From assembly GCA_021613535.1 (NCBI GenBank), contig CP075497.1:248001-312000 (forward strand): a DNA stretch of 64,000 nt, read 5' to 3'. A program made the translations under genes and the position numbers. The notes under the pieces are model-generated. The model searched no databases and was not told the DNA's origin. It saw nothing but the letters and a program-made list of their open reading frames with translations. Positions 26,580 through 39,588 of the stretch are shown here, piece by piece. Source of the stretch: Adineta vaga. Taxonomy: Eukaryota; Animalia; Rotifera. Position 1 is the stretch's first letter. Every line of letters begins with the position of its first letter.

Positions 26580-27255
26580 AACAGGTTTTTACCAATCGTT
26601 AGTGCGTCATAAACGTCTCAGCCAATTCACGGAAATAACCCCTAGAGCTCAGGAACCACTTACCAACAAATCGATGGACGGTGACTCTATATAAGGTTCC
26701 ATAGATAGGCTGGTGGACTTAAAACAATGAGACAGCCTAAACAACACCCTCACCCACCCTCAAGTTTCAAAACACGACTGAAAACAAAAGTGAAAAATAA
26801 GGATCTCTGATTTTTTTAGTATAAAAAACAAAGGGAAGTCCAATATATTGTGTTGTTCTCTTTATTGTAGTGCAGTATAAAAAATGCAAGACAGGAGTGC
26901 CCCGACGATGGGAGGAAAGCCAGTTGGGGTAGCGAATCTTCACTCTAATCTCGCAGATTTTGTTCACAAATTGAAGAGTGACTTTCGAAGGTTTAGAGAG
27001 AATCTTAGAATCTATGAAAAAGTTTGCAAGACATCTTTGAATTTCTTATAAATTTACTAAGAATTAAAAATTTTTTTAAATTTCCTAAAAATGTGGGTTA
27101 ATTGCAAGCATTTTTCAAAAATATTTTAGATACATAGAATTTTGTAAAATACACTGTTATCTTAACTAATTAAAAACATGTATACAAGTTCTGACAAAGT
27201 AAAATTTCAATGGGCAATCGCCCATTTGCCCCCCCCCCCCTTGGATACGCCACTG
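26580..27255 (-). mobile_element. Non-autonomous DNA transposon fragment with a CAGTGGCG terminus
   Basis: The minus strand starts CAGTGGCGTATCCAAGGGGGGGGGGGCAAATGGGCGATTGCCC at 27255, exactly where a 7TM ORF is cut. The partner end was not found and the left boundary is approximate. Confidence 0.5.
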
Positions 27256-27398
27256 ACATGAGCTTGAACGTTGATTTTTTGTAAGAAGTAGAAAATACAA
27301 AATGCATTTCCAAGAGAACCAAGAACAATATATAAAGGAAAAACAATAGTTGTCATTCGTTCTCGAATTATATTAAATTTAATTGTTAAGTCTGACAT
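27256..27398 (-). pseudogene. N-terminus and TM1 of a rhodopsin-like GPCR, truncated
   Basis: MSDLT...FPLYIVLGSLGNAFCIFYFLQK (GN motif of TM1). Confidence 0.6.
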
Positions 27399-28599
27399 AT
27401 CTTCCGACGTGCTAATAGATTTGAAAGAAAATAAACTGAAATGACAGTGGCAAAATATTATTGGAGAAAATCTCTTTTTTTCTAGAAAAAGTAATGCAAA
27501 CACATAATTCTTCTTTGAACTAATAGATAATCTGTTTTTAATTAGCAAAATTGTCTGAAGGCATATATCTTATGTGGTTATATATTTATTTGCATGTTTA
27601 ATTGATCTAACCATCAGAAAGATGGATACACAGTAGAAGGCATTATTTATTGTTTCATATAGTTTTATATAAATCACCACGTTTTACTGACGAATATTTA
27701 CACAATAAATAATATTCATCGTTTTTTTTTATTAACACTTTTAAGCTTGTTAAAAACAAAGATAAAATAATTGTTCCTTTATATATATTTATATAAAGTT
27801 CCGAATTGTTCTTTTCCCTTGAGAACAGATTCAACTTTGACCGAGTTATTGCAAATCTTTCTGTAAAAACTTCTAAGTTTATCTTTAGTACCTTAAGAAG
27901 AAGAAAAAATTTGCCGTAAACATAAATATTTTTATATTAAAGCTCGTGGTGAATTTAAAAAAATGACTTTACCTTTTTTCAACTTGAATAATATGATTAA
28001 TAATGAGAACTTTTTTTACGATAAATAAGTAAAAGATATTTTTATATTTCTTCAATTCCTTCTATTAAATTTTGAAATCGCACTAATGATTTGATAATTT
28101 TTTCTTTTAAGTACCACTCATTACAACTGACGGTGAGGGTGAGAGTGAAACTAATTCTATGCGCATTTCACCAACAATTAGTGAAAATATTTCAATAACT
28201 GGATTTCGAGTTGGCGGTCATAAAACAGATTCTCTTTTCCAAACAACTTTAGAAAGGTTTTTATAATCTCATTTGTATTAATTTACTGAAATCTTTTTCA
28301 TTCTATACAAAATGTAAATCCATCATAAAACCGTATTTATGATGAATAAAATCCTTGCTCCTCATTTAAGTAGAAGAGAACAATTATTAATCAAAACATG
28401 TTGTGTACTGTCCATCATATGAATTCAAAAGCCAAATTTTATGGATATTAAATTTTCCAGTAGCTTTACAGAAAACAATTTTCTCTAAATTCATCATATC
28501 TTTATTTGTTTGTATTTGTAATTATAAAACTGTTAAAATACTGCTAAGTTGAATTCAGTTGTTTCATAAGATAAAATTTTCATGTTATTCGTTATCGCT

Positions 28600-29200
28600 G
28601 TAACAAATACAATAAGTAGGTATGAAATAACTATTGTTTTATATACAAAAATGCTCTACACATCTCTATAAGTTTAGTATGTTATGATAAACGAAAATTC
28701 CAAATATTCCCATTTGTAGTATTTGACATAAACCTGAAAAGATAATGTGACGATTTTTGATGGAGGAGATGCATACGATGATGGGACTACGCGTTTATTT
28801 ATTTCTTCCTCACATAAATCGCATCGATATGATACAAGACACACGCTTATATACTCATCCGTCAATAGAAGGAAAGGAAAAGTAATATCAAACTACAGCA
28901 AAATGTACCGAAGTGAGGACAAATAGCATGCGTACAGCGCATGTAAGCGAGAGCGTCACAGATAATAGTATATACTTGATTCATGATAAAATAAATTCCA
29001 AATGGATCGTATCGTTGATAATTGATTTTTGTTATAATAGGAATATGAATAGCAATAATATACCAAAACAAAATAATAAAACCGATAATTGATTGATGTA
29101 CAAATCAACTATATTCATTATTAATGATTAACAAAAGATCGATCAATCATATTCGATACATGATTGATGTAAATAATGACAAAGACATTATTATTCTACT
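28600..29200 (-). pseudogene. Decayed GPCR-like remnant
   Basis: Fragments IDR, FWYIIAIHIPI and hydrophobic helices with broken frames. Confidence 0.4.
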
Positions 29201-29927
29201 GGATAAATAAGAAAAAAAAACGAACGTCTTTTTATAATGATTTACTCCATATACGTAAATTTGAAAATTTCTAGAGTGTTATAAACATATTGCTTTCAGC
29301 TGTGAATGTTTTTTTATTCATAGAGTATGACGTCGATATTTATTGAAAAATGCACGTTATGAAAGCAACTATTAATAAAATCATTCGGAATCCTTATAAC
29401 TATTTTGTAGATAGGGATCGTTCTTATTCAAACTATGAAACATTCGAGGAGATTAACATAGATCGATTCAACAAATTTCTACGTGATCAATATCAGACTA
29501 CGACATATTCTTTATCAATAGAAACAATCTATATAAAATGTTGCATTTATTCTTATATCATGAACCTAACTTTTTTTACAAGTTGATTGTGAGAGCGTCG
29601 ATGAAGATGAAGTTGGAATTTTCCAATCGGCACTGACACTCTTATCCTTCAAGGTGCTTTGTCGACAACTCATCGATTCAAAATACAGAAATCGTAGATG
29701 CCTCTATCAAATTTAATTTGCATTTAGTATTTCAAAATTGCGTATAGTTTAATGCCATTTCTCTTAATGTAATCTTTCATCAACGTCGTAATAAAAAAAT
29801 AAATAGCGTGTTGGATTTTTCTTCTTTCTAGAGATAAATACGTATAAACACTAAGCGAATGTCAATATTGATCTATTCTTCATTTTAAATATGACGACAT
29901 CGACATTATCATATAATATTTTTTCAA

Positions 29928-30914
29928 ATGACACATTTCGTCGCCAACATGAGAACGAGCACTTCTGCAGCAGATTCTACTAAGCTACAAATCGAACAAT
30001 GTGAAAATTCTAACATAAACTCTGATACAAATAATACTGTTGAAGTTTGTTCTGCAATCAATTCAATAATCATTGTGTATTTCTTTTTTTATTTGTCTTA
30101 GGGTGCAGCAGAACTTTCATCTTACGATCTTGTTTGTTTGGGTGTTGGTAGAGGTTCTACTGCTGTTTATTCCAATCAAACTAGTAGTGCATTCGCACTT
30201 ATATGTCGGTCAACTGGCGAATGTATTCTGCTTATTGATATTGGTCTTGGTACAATATTTGCTTTCCAAAAATATCTCAAAACTACTGATATCAAAGCTC
30301 GACAAGTATTCGTTTCTCATAATCATACAGATCATAGTGGAGAACTACCAGTATATATAGGAAATGAAGCTGTAAAATCGATCGTTCGAATTTATTGTTA
30401 TGCTAGTGTTCAACCTCGTTTACGTCATCATCGTTGTGCTGAACTCAATTCATCAACTACAGATTTTTTTAAAAATGTCCAATGGATTATGTGTAATGAA
30501 TTACAAGATATTGAACTTGATTCTGGAGATTCCAAATCAAAATTGAAAATACGTGTTCAACAAAGTCAACATAGTGAACTATGTGCTGGCTTTATTCTTT
30601 ACGAAAATGATCAACCAATTCTTAGTTTTTCTGGGGATTCAGGTTTTAATGCCCCATTCTATACATTTCTTTGGTCAGCACCAACAATTCTAGTTGATGG
30701 ACGAATCACCACTAGTTATGAACATGCTAGTTTCAATGAAATTTTAGATTTTTATATAACAAGAGCTGATCAACGACGAGTTTTTGTATATCAATTTGGT
30801 GTAGAAAGTGAAAAACCAACATTTCCTGACAATACGATATCAGCTGTATCACCTGGTCAAGTTATACAACTATTGCTACCTACCGATACTTCGAAAGTCA
30901 TCAAATACGATTGA
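29928..30914 (+). CDS. Metallo-beta-lactamase-fold hydrolase (RNase Z/BN or phosphodiesterase-like)
   Basis: Exons 29928-30044 and 30102-30914. LGVG, LLIDIG, SHNHTDHSG (HxHxDH), QHS, FSGDS, EHAS. Confidence 0.88.
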
Positions 30915-31726
30915 TTATATAAATATTTAAAGTATTTGAAAATAAAAGAATGAGATTATGAATGTAACCATTAGAAACCAAATGTATTTTATGCTGTAGA
31001 ATCGATTTTCCAACCTTTAAGCCTTGCTCGATATAATCTTTTCTTATAATGACTCAAGTAATCAGTAATGTATATGATAGTCTATTTTGTCTTACGATTG
31101 CTTTTTTGTTTACTGAAGGAAGTAAAGAAAGAAAGAAGGAGAACGCAAAACTCGCATCTTGGTTTTTTCCAACTAACATATCAGTTTCGTTAGTAATATC
31201 CAAGAATAACTTAGATTAGTAAACTTATTTACTTAATGTTGCAGACCAGTAAGTATGTCAGGTCGAGAATGAAACGAATATGTGGTAAAATATTTCGTTT
31301 AGATGTATTTAGTAGTGCTGAGAATCATCGAAATCGATTTCAGCGTCAAAATAGTATCACACATTTACATGAAGCTATCTTAAAAACTTGTGAAAATAGC
31401 TCTTGAGAAGCTATTAATCGTGGTGTACCTATTGATCTTGCTGGTCAAACAGCACTCTATTATGCTAGTGAAAAAGGTTATCTTAATTTCGTATAACTTT
31501 TACTCGATAATCAAGCTCGCCGTCATGATTCAACTGATAGTAATAAAACATCTCTATTATGGATAGCCGCACGAGAAGGTCATGATCAGATTGTGCATAT
31601 TCTGTTGAAATATGGTGCTTGTCCTAATCAGAAAGATCAGGACCAAACTACTGCTCTCTATCAGCCTTGTTATGAAGGTTATCTCAAATGTGTTTATCAT
31701 TTAATTTGCAGCAAAGCTCATGTAAA

Positions 31727-32484
31727 GGACGGGGATCGATAAGACGTCAAATTTGCCCATTCTTGATTTTTTGAAATTGCATATATAAATTAGTTCAGAA
31801 CTAAGAGCTGAATCTTTTGGTAGTAATTTCAAGCTATTTCGAGTGTATATAGAGTCACCCACTCCATCAAATATCATACAACTTTATCATATATCATAAT
31901 GGAGCGGTATTTCGTTAATATCTCAGCATTGGAATGTCGTACCGATCTGCGGTTTGTTTCATCGGAAAGAGCATGAAATTCTGCGTCGATCTCTATAAGG
32001 ACAACTCTATAAAATAATTCTTTTAGAGTTTTTTAAATACGAATATATTCAATGGTATTACATAATATGACTCTCCATATAGGTTTCAAACCTGTAAAGA
32101 CCTATTAGAAGACTGTTGCAGTTGATCTGTCTATACCAATTGATAGCTTTCAACTAGGGCTATCAACTGATATAGTCGCCATCGTTTAAATTTTCTGGCC
32201 AATTTTTTCCAAGGACACACACACTATTATATTTTGACTCATTTTTTCACATTTTTCATCAAAAAGTAAGCCTTTTTTGATCTATATCAATTTGAATTTT
32301 GGTTTAAACTACCCATGGATATTTAGGATTAAGAACTACTTTTAACTATGTATTTTGTCATTAAGATTGATTATTTATATTTCTTCTTATTAACATTTAT
32401 AAATAATTTCATCTCTATGATATAGTATATTTCATACATTTTTTCCAATTCAACAAAAAATCGAGAATTATCTTTTTTTTTTTT
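31727..32484 (+). repeat. Left 758-bp terminal inverted repeat
   Basis: Reverse complement of 35281-36038; no mismatch seen in the stretches compared by eye. Confidence 0.95.
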
Positions 32485-32639
32485 GAAAGTGATTTATTTG
32501 TTGTTTTGAACACTTGAAGACGAGTCGACTATTTTCTTTTCCGTTCTGTACGACAAAACACGAGGGAGAGAAAGAAAAGAATATATATAGACACGTGAAC
32601 TGTCAAACGATTTTTGAACATTTCATTTTCAAACTTGTG

Positions 32640-35154
32640 ATGCCTCGTAACGAACGTTCTGTATGTGGTGGATGTGGAAAGTCATCTGATAGCTGTGTAG
32701 TACGACGGGCAAAGAATAATCTTTTACGATTATTTGTATCTGTTCGATCTTCTAAATATCTTCAACCTGAAGATCAAATCTGTAAAAACTGTTATTCAAA
32801 ATTTGTAATTTGATATAAGAAAACAAAAGGTGTTTATGGTAATCTATTAAATGACCATTTCTCTGTTGATGAAAACGAAGATGATGAACATGAAGAGCAG
32901 GTCAGATACTGGCTACGATTGAATTATTACAAGATGAATTACATATATCTTTTTGTGCATGTAGATTATCATCAAAACTACTACTTCAGATCGAGAAACA
33001 CAAACCGATGACGAACCTTTATCAATTGTCATTCCAATACGTCGAACTTCGAAATCGCACGGGTAGTCTGATTTGATATTGTTCTCTCGTATTTTTATAT
33101 ACTTTTTTGATATTGAATATGTAGAACGTGTATTGTTTGTTCGGCAAATGTTTCATCTTCATCTCATTTACTTTCTGAAGAACAGCGAAAAATTATTTTT
33201 TTCAAACGTGGTGTTTTTATTCCGAAAGGTGTACGGTGTTGTCGTGATCATATTGATAATAAACAATTAAAATATGAAGCTATCGAACAGATATCTGCTC
33301 CTCACTACGATGAACTCTCATTAGATACAGAAGGTGTGCAAAATATGATTTCCGACTTTAATTCGTTTATGACAAATGTCAAAATATTTGATTTTGACGA
33401 TCCTACAAGTTTATCGGATGAGTCTTATTTCAATTTTACTGGTCTTCAGAAAGGTATTTGTTTTTTTTATAAATAAAAAAGATTAAACATTTCGATTCAG
33501 ATCAATTTGAAAATCTTTTGGGCTACATTCACAAGATGCGGAACTCTCATAAACGTTCTGTTCGTACAGCGCTTGCTATTTTCCTTATGAAGATGAGACT
33601 TGGTATTAGTAATCGTGTGCTTGCCAGCTTTTTTCATTTGAAAAACAAAGGAATTGTTTCTCGTTTAATTCATTCGGTGCGACTGGTGCTGATGAACGAT
33701 TTTACTCCTCATCATCTCGGTTTGCAGCATATTGATCGGCAAACTGTTCTTGATCATCATCAAACAGCTATTGCTACTGAACTATTTACTACTAATCCTA
33801 ACCAGCTTTGCATTATCATGGACGGAACCTATATTTATATTCAGAAGTCGAATAATAAAGAAATGCAAAGACGAACATACAGTCTTCATAAACATCGGCA
33901 TTTAGTAAAACCTATGATAATTACAACGAGTGTAAGCTTTTTCTTATCCAGTTTAATTTATAAAGAGAAATTTTTGATACTAGACCGGATATATATTATG
34001 TGTTATTGGTCCGTTTCTTGCTGATGGCAAGAACAATGATGCCTCTATTGCTAAACATATACTTTACAGCAATGATCAAGGAATTCTATCATGGTTACAT
34101 GATGATGACATCATTATAATAGATAGAGGATTTCGTGATGCGGTAAAAACGATCGAAATGTTTGGTTTTCATGCAGCTATGCCTCATTTCCTAAACGGTA
34201 GCAAGCAGTTTTCTACAACTGATGCTAACTATAATCGTTGTGTAGCAAAAAGCCGTTGGGCTGTTGAAAGTGGTTAGTTTCAATACTTAATTGTTTCTTT
34301 TGAAAACTTATTGGAAAAAATCGTTTTTATAGCCAATGGAAAGATTAAACAGTTTAAATATTTCAATCAAACGATACAGAACTCATCCATTCCGTTTCTT
34401 AGTGATTATCTTCATATAGTATGTAGTATTATCAATGCTTATCAAACTCCAGCTATCAAAGATGCTCATGCAGGCAAAGAAATGGCAACTGAAATGCTTA
34501 ATCTTCTTGATTCAGAAAACACACTGCAAAAACATCTTTCATTAATGACTAACACTAGATGGAGAAAATACGATGCAAGAATGTGTATTTTTCCTACACT
34601 GACTATCGATGATATTCGTCGGTTCTGTTTCGGTATGAAATAATTTTGACTATATAGTCTTTTGATAAGAATGAAGCGAAATTGTAGGTAGCTACCAACT
34701 TAAGCAAGCCAAAGGCTACATACTTGAACACTTACAAACCTCACAAATTGTTCCTACTGATCTTGAATTTATTGTCGAACTATGCGAACAACATTCTGAT
34801 CTCATTAGAATTCGATTTTCATCTCGACATTCGACTCGAAAGCACTACATAGCTACCGTGCAATTTAACAACTATGAAGAAGAACCTATTCAAGGATGGT
34901 ACTGTATCTGTCCCAGAGGTGCTGGAGTACTAGGTTGTTGTTCTCATACAGCGGCACTTCTTTGGTACCTCGGCGTGTGTCGAGCAGAGTACGATGTCAC
35001 AGGACATCCTCTCTCAGCGCAATATCTTCTTGAAATTGTCGAGGATTGTATCCAGTATGCTGAGCCAACACAAACTGATGATGAAGACGACGAAGCAAGA
35101 TGCGAGCTTGCTAATGATCAAACCGATAGCGATTCAGACAGTTCAAATGACTAG
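32640..35154 (+). pseudogene. DDE_Tnp_4-type transposase with N-terminal Cys motifs and C-terminal SWIM finger; one premature stop
   Basis: About 8 exons. CGGC..CKNC, HTH region, MDGTYIY (D), IDRGFRD (D), RWAVES (E), GWYCICPRG..GCCSH. In-frame TGA at 32811-32813. Confidence 0.85.
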
Positions 35155-35280
35155 TTTTCAAACGTTCACATTTTTTTCGTTTTTCTTAATAGCGATTCGT
35201 TGATATTTATTCAAGATCATTGCGTAAAATAACTGAGATATATTTTGAACTACCAGCACATACACGAAAATACTGTTTGT

Positions 35281-36038
35281 AAAAAAAAAAAAGATAATTC
35301 TCGATTTTTTGTTGAATTGGAAAAAATGTATGAAATATACTATATCATAGAGATGAAATTATTTATAAATGTTAATAAGAAGAAATATAAATAATCAATC
35401 TTAATGACAAAATACATAGTTAAAAGTAGTTCTTAATCCTAAATATCCATGGGTAGTTTAAACCAAAATTCAAATTGATATAGATCAAAAAAGGCTTACT
35501 TTTTGATGAAAAATGTGAAAAAATGAGTCAAAATATAATAGTGTGTGTGTCCTTGGAAAAAATTGGCCAGAAAATTTAAACGATGGCGACTATATCAGTT
35601 GATAGCCCTAGTTGAAAGCTATCAATTGGTATAGACAGATCAACTGCAACAGTCTTCTAATAGGTCTTTACAGGTTTGAAACCTATATGGAGAGTCATAT
35701 TATGTAATACCATTGAATATATTCGTATTTAAAAAACTCTAAAAGAATTATTTTATAGAGTTGTCCTTATAGAGATCGACGCAGAATTTCATGCTCTTTC
35801 CGATGAAACAAACCGCAGATCGGTACGACATTCCAATGCTGAGATATTAACGAAATACCGCTCCATTATGATATATGATAAAGTTGTATGATATTTGATG
35901 GAGTGGGTGACTCTATATACACTCGAAATAGCTTGAAATTACTACCAAAAGATTCAGCTCTTAGTTCTGAACTAATTTATATATGCAATTTCAAAAAATC
36001 AAGAATGGGCAAATTTGACGTCTTATCGATCCCCGTCC
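35281..36038 (-). repeat. Right 758-bp terminal inverted repeat
   Basis: Reverse complement of 31727-32484. Confidence 0.95.
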
Positions 36039-36760
36039 TTTGGCGAAGACTAGTGGTACTTCACCATTGTTTGTCGCTTATCGTAATGGACATGATCGTA
36101 TCGTTAAACATCTATTGAAACATGGTGCAAACCCATTTCATTGTCAGACAGATTTACGTTCACCATTACATACTGCTTTACTGTACAATAAAAGTCGTTG
36201 TGCTCGATTACTCCTTCGTAATATGTTGAGTGTATCGATAGAACAAACGGATATTTATGGTTGGAGTCATTTACATTTCTTAGCGAAAAAAGGTAGTCTT
36301 CAAGCTTCAAAAGTTTATTTTCATCATTTAAAAATCAACGGTATTACATATGATGTGAAACAAATAGATCACTTTGGAAATACTGCATTACATATTCCAG
36401 CATTCAATAATCAAACAAAATTTATCAAATTTCTTCTTGAAAAAGGTTTCGATTCTGAACAAGAAAATCTTTCCGGTTGGAAACCAAGTGCAATCGTTGC
36501 AGATCATCAGCAGAAAAATAACAACAATGACGTAGTTCCGAACGACTATTTTCAATATCTTCTCTCGAATCATCATATTCGTTATACTTTAGAAGAAGAA
36601 AAAATGGGCGAAGAAGTAAAAACCTATGTAAAAATGTTGGTTTCACAATTAGAAAAACTTGATCCACTCTTTTCGAATACTATTATTTGTAGTGGTTCAT
36701 ATTATGAAAAAACTCGAGTTGATTCCTCGAATGAATTTGATTACATGATTAGTTTAACCA

Positions 36761-37270
36761 TCTTGAGGGTGTGGATTTGGGTATGGGTGTGGGTGAGGGT
36801 GTGAGGGTGGTGGGTGAAAGGTCAAAAAAACATTTTTTTCTGAAATTGACTAAAACGTCGAAAAAGTGATAATGGGGTGGGTGTAGGTCGAGTATGGGTT
36901 AGGGGGAGAGTATTGGGTTGCCGGGGTTGATGAGTGGAAGAACAAATAAACATTTTTTATGGAATATCCTTTCGCCCTCAAATCCTTTACGATGGGGGCG
37001 CCCAAGGGTTCGCAAGTCTTATATAGTAGGGCTGGGTATCCATGGGTCCTGAAGTCGGATACTATGAGGGTGTGGGTGAAACTGAAAGGTGTGGGGGTTA
37101 AGGGGCTAGTCGACGGATGAAACTGAACGATTAGTCAGAGCCTGAGTGATTGGCTAAGCGAATAAGGGAGTCGGGTGTCTTATTTGTTTGTTTGGGAAGA
37201 AAAAAAGCTGAAGCTTCTACGAAAAGAATATCTTTCCTTCACAGTCGAGGGTTAAGTGAGTGGGTACGAC
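36761..37270 (+). mobile_element. G-rich insertion starting with the TCTTGAGGGTGTGG telomere-like cap
   Basis: Abrupt switch from coding sequence to degenerate (TGTGGG/TGAGGG)n, then about 500 bp of G-skewed non-coding DNA. Confidence 0.55.
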
Positions 37271-37361
37271 GAGCGTTACTTGTAAATGATTTTATATATC
37301 CATTAAATGTCTTTTATATGATAATTCTTAGCCTAAGAAAACATTTCAAGCTGAAATTAGA

Positions 37362-37902
37362 TTAATAAAAGTGTTGGATAAGGAATACGATCCAAAGAAT
37401 CATTGGATAAATTTGAATTATATTGGGTAAAATAAGAGCATGAATATGAAATATTAACCAAAATATTGATGTTATAATAATACTTTTATAAGCAAGATGA
37501 GATGTACTACGTTGTCTTGTTAAAGCATTTTTTGATGTAAGAAACATTCGATCAATTGATGCCATAATTAAAAAATATGAATTTAAATTATCCGAAACAA
37601 ATGTTAAATAAAGACTTAAACGACAAAAAGTAAGATTGGATATAGTAAGATCATTATTATAACCAATTGAAGGTGTTGTTTCGAAGATTGATATATAAAT
37701 TGTGAAAATATTTGTAATATTTCATGCAATTAAATAAATTCCACATGGATTTTTTCTTAAAGCTTTTTTTACTGAAAACAAATAAACTAAGAATACAACT
37801 GATTGTACCTGCACATAAAAGAAATATTCCACCATATTTAAATAGATCTATTCGTATTGTTGATAGAGTTACAAAGAAAATAACATCTGAAGACATGATC
37901 AA
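37362..37902 (-). pseudogene. Rhodopsin-like GPCR pseudogene (TM1-TM4)
   Basis: YGGIFLLCAGTISCILSLFVF, FCR, MASIDR, IFWLIFHIH. Frameshifted and truncated at the 3' end. Confidence 0.7.
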
Positions 37903-39588
37903 TTGAATAAGTTAAGAATTTTCTTTGACCGTTATGAAATACTTGTCTGATATAGAGGCGGTTTAGTATAAAATCTCATAATTGCTTTTTTTTTAATTTA
38001 AAAAATGTGACAAAAGATTAAATAAAATGAATCGGATTATTATTCTTTAAATATCCAATAAGGCATGTGTTTTATCTTATCTAGGGGTGTCACTTTATCT
38101 TTATTTTAAAAAGAAATAAAGAAAATGCATATTCTTTATCTGTTTTTAAAGGGCTTGTATTTATTTGAGCAATTTTATAATATTAAATGAGCAATAAATA
38201 GTTTATTACATGACAATATTAATTTCATATTTAAGCAAGAAAAAAAGGAAAAATGGAATATATATAACTGATCATTGAATCATTTAAGTTTATTTTGCTT
38301 TCGATGGTCTACCTCTTTTTCTTTTTTGTACCAATTTCTACATTTTTTGCATCAGATAGAGGTTTGCAATATTTTAATCTATAGGACATACCAATATGGT
38401 GTACTTTCAAATATAGTTTTTCATGAATGATGGACACGTGCAGAGTGTGGGTGTCTGTATTATATTCAGACCCACACCTACACCCTCAAGATTTCCAGAA
38501 TCAGAAATATAGTCTGCTACACGTTTCGATTAAGCCATTTGTATTGAATGAATGAATTATTATTTCTCTTTTTATACACATATTGTTTTATTTAAAATAA
38601 TTATTGCTCAATCCATGTACTTATCCCTCATTCAGTATAATTATCGCTCATTCACTCGCCTACAGGGTCCATTTATCAAAAACCCGCAAGGACCCATAAT
38701 GCGCTCCTAAGGAGCTCTGGTACACTAGAAGGTCCACTATCCTCGAAAGCCCGATATTTTGAAGGTGTTCTTTCTCCATACCTGTATAAGCACAAGCTAA
38801 GCAATAGCTACCTGTGACGCGATTTCACTTGGACATTCGATTCTAACTAAAATTTTGCTATCACCAAAATTTTCCAAGCAATACTACTGGAAAAGCCTTA
38901 AACACAAAATATATTAGCATGTACGAAATCATACAAACGCATCCCATCATTCTGTATTTCTGTCTACATCTAAGTTTAGGCTGAGAATGCCCTTTTACGC
39001 TTCACATATTTTAACAGACACAATGAAACCAACTCCTAATATCTCAAATTTGATCTTCATTCTAAACTAGTTTCTCAATTAAAAGACGCTGTTGTTTACT
39101 CCCATATACACCATAACCCATGCTGGCGTTTTAATGTTAGTTATCGTATAGTCAGTGTATACAAAAAACTTTCATATACTGACTTTCACTTAAAACTTGA
39201 ACAACAACATTCCAATTCTTGAGGGTGTCAAACTTGACACTACTGTTATAAAATAAAGATAAAGTAACACCCCTAATCTTATCGTTATGATTTCTTGAGG
39301 GTGTGGGTGTTCTTCCTTCTATCATCCACAGCCACAGCCACATCCTTAAAATAGTTCTTTATTCAAATCAACATGAAAAAGTAATAAAAAAAGGAAGTTT
39401 TTTTTATTCTTCCAAGGTTTATCAGTGAAATGATTAATCATAAAAAGACTTTATTTCAAAGATAAAAATCAATCCAAATCCGTCTGAAATTAAACCAACG
39501 ATGTTATCGAGAATTGAAAAATATAGATGAGTATTATGTTGTATCTTTGTCCTTTATGAAAAACTATGCAATTAAACGATTGCATTTG

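Larger units (their letters stand above)
31727..36038 (+). mobile_element. Spy-type (PIF/Harbinger-IS5-related) DNA transposon with 758-bp TIRs and no TSD
   Basis: Flanks tgtAAA|GGACGGGG...CCCCGTCC|TTTggcg. Removing the element restores ankyrin codons GTA AAT TTG GCG. TIRs at 31727-32484 and 35281-36038. Confidence 0.92.
31255..36760 (+). pseudogene. Ankyrin-repeat plus Mab-21/cGAS-like nucleotidyltransferase pseudogene, split by Spy and truncated at 36761
   Basis: Ankyrin repeats (GQTALYYA, GTSPLFVA, RSPLHTA, GNTALH) on both sides of the insertion, then SGSYYEKTRVDSSNEFDYMI (GS..E-F-D). Stops in the 5' part. Confidence 0.8.

Noticed and set aside
35888-36118. 76-aa ORF at the Spy right end
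   Set aside because: It lies mostly within the TIR and crosses the insertion junction.
36761-36816. True chromosome telomere, or WVWVWV peptide tail
   Set aside because: The repeats are short, degenerate and internal. The peptide is read-through into the repeat.
38663-39140. GC-richer block starting TA|CAGGGT as a defined transposon
   Set aside because: No partner TIR or coding remnant found.
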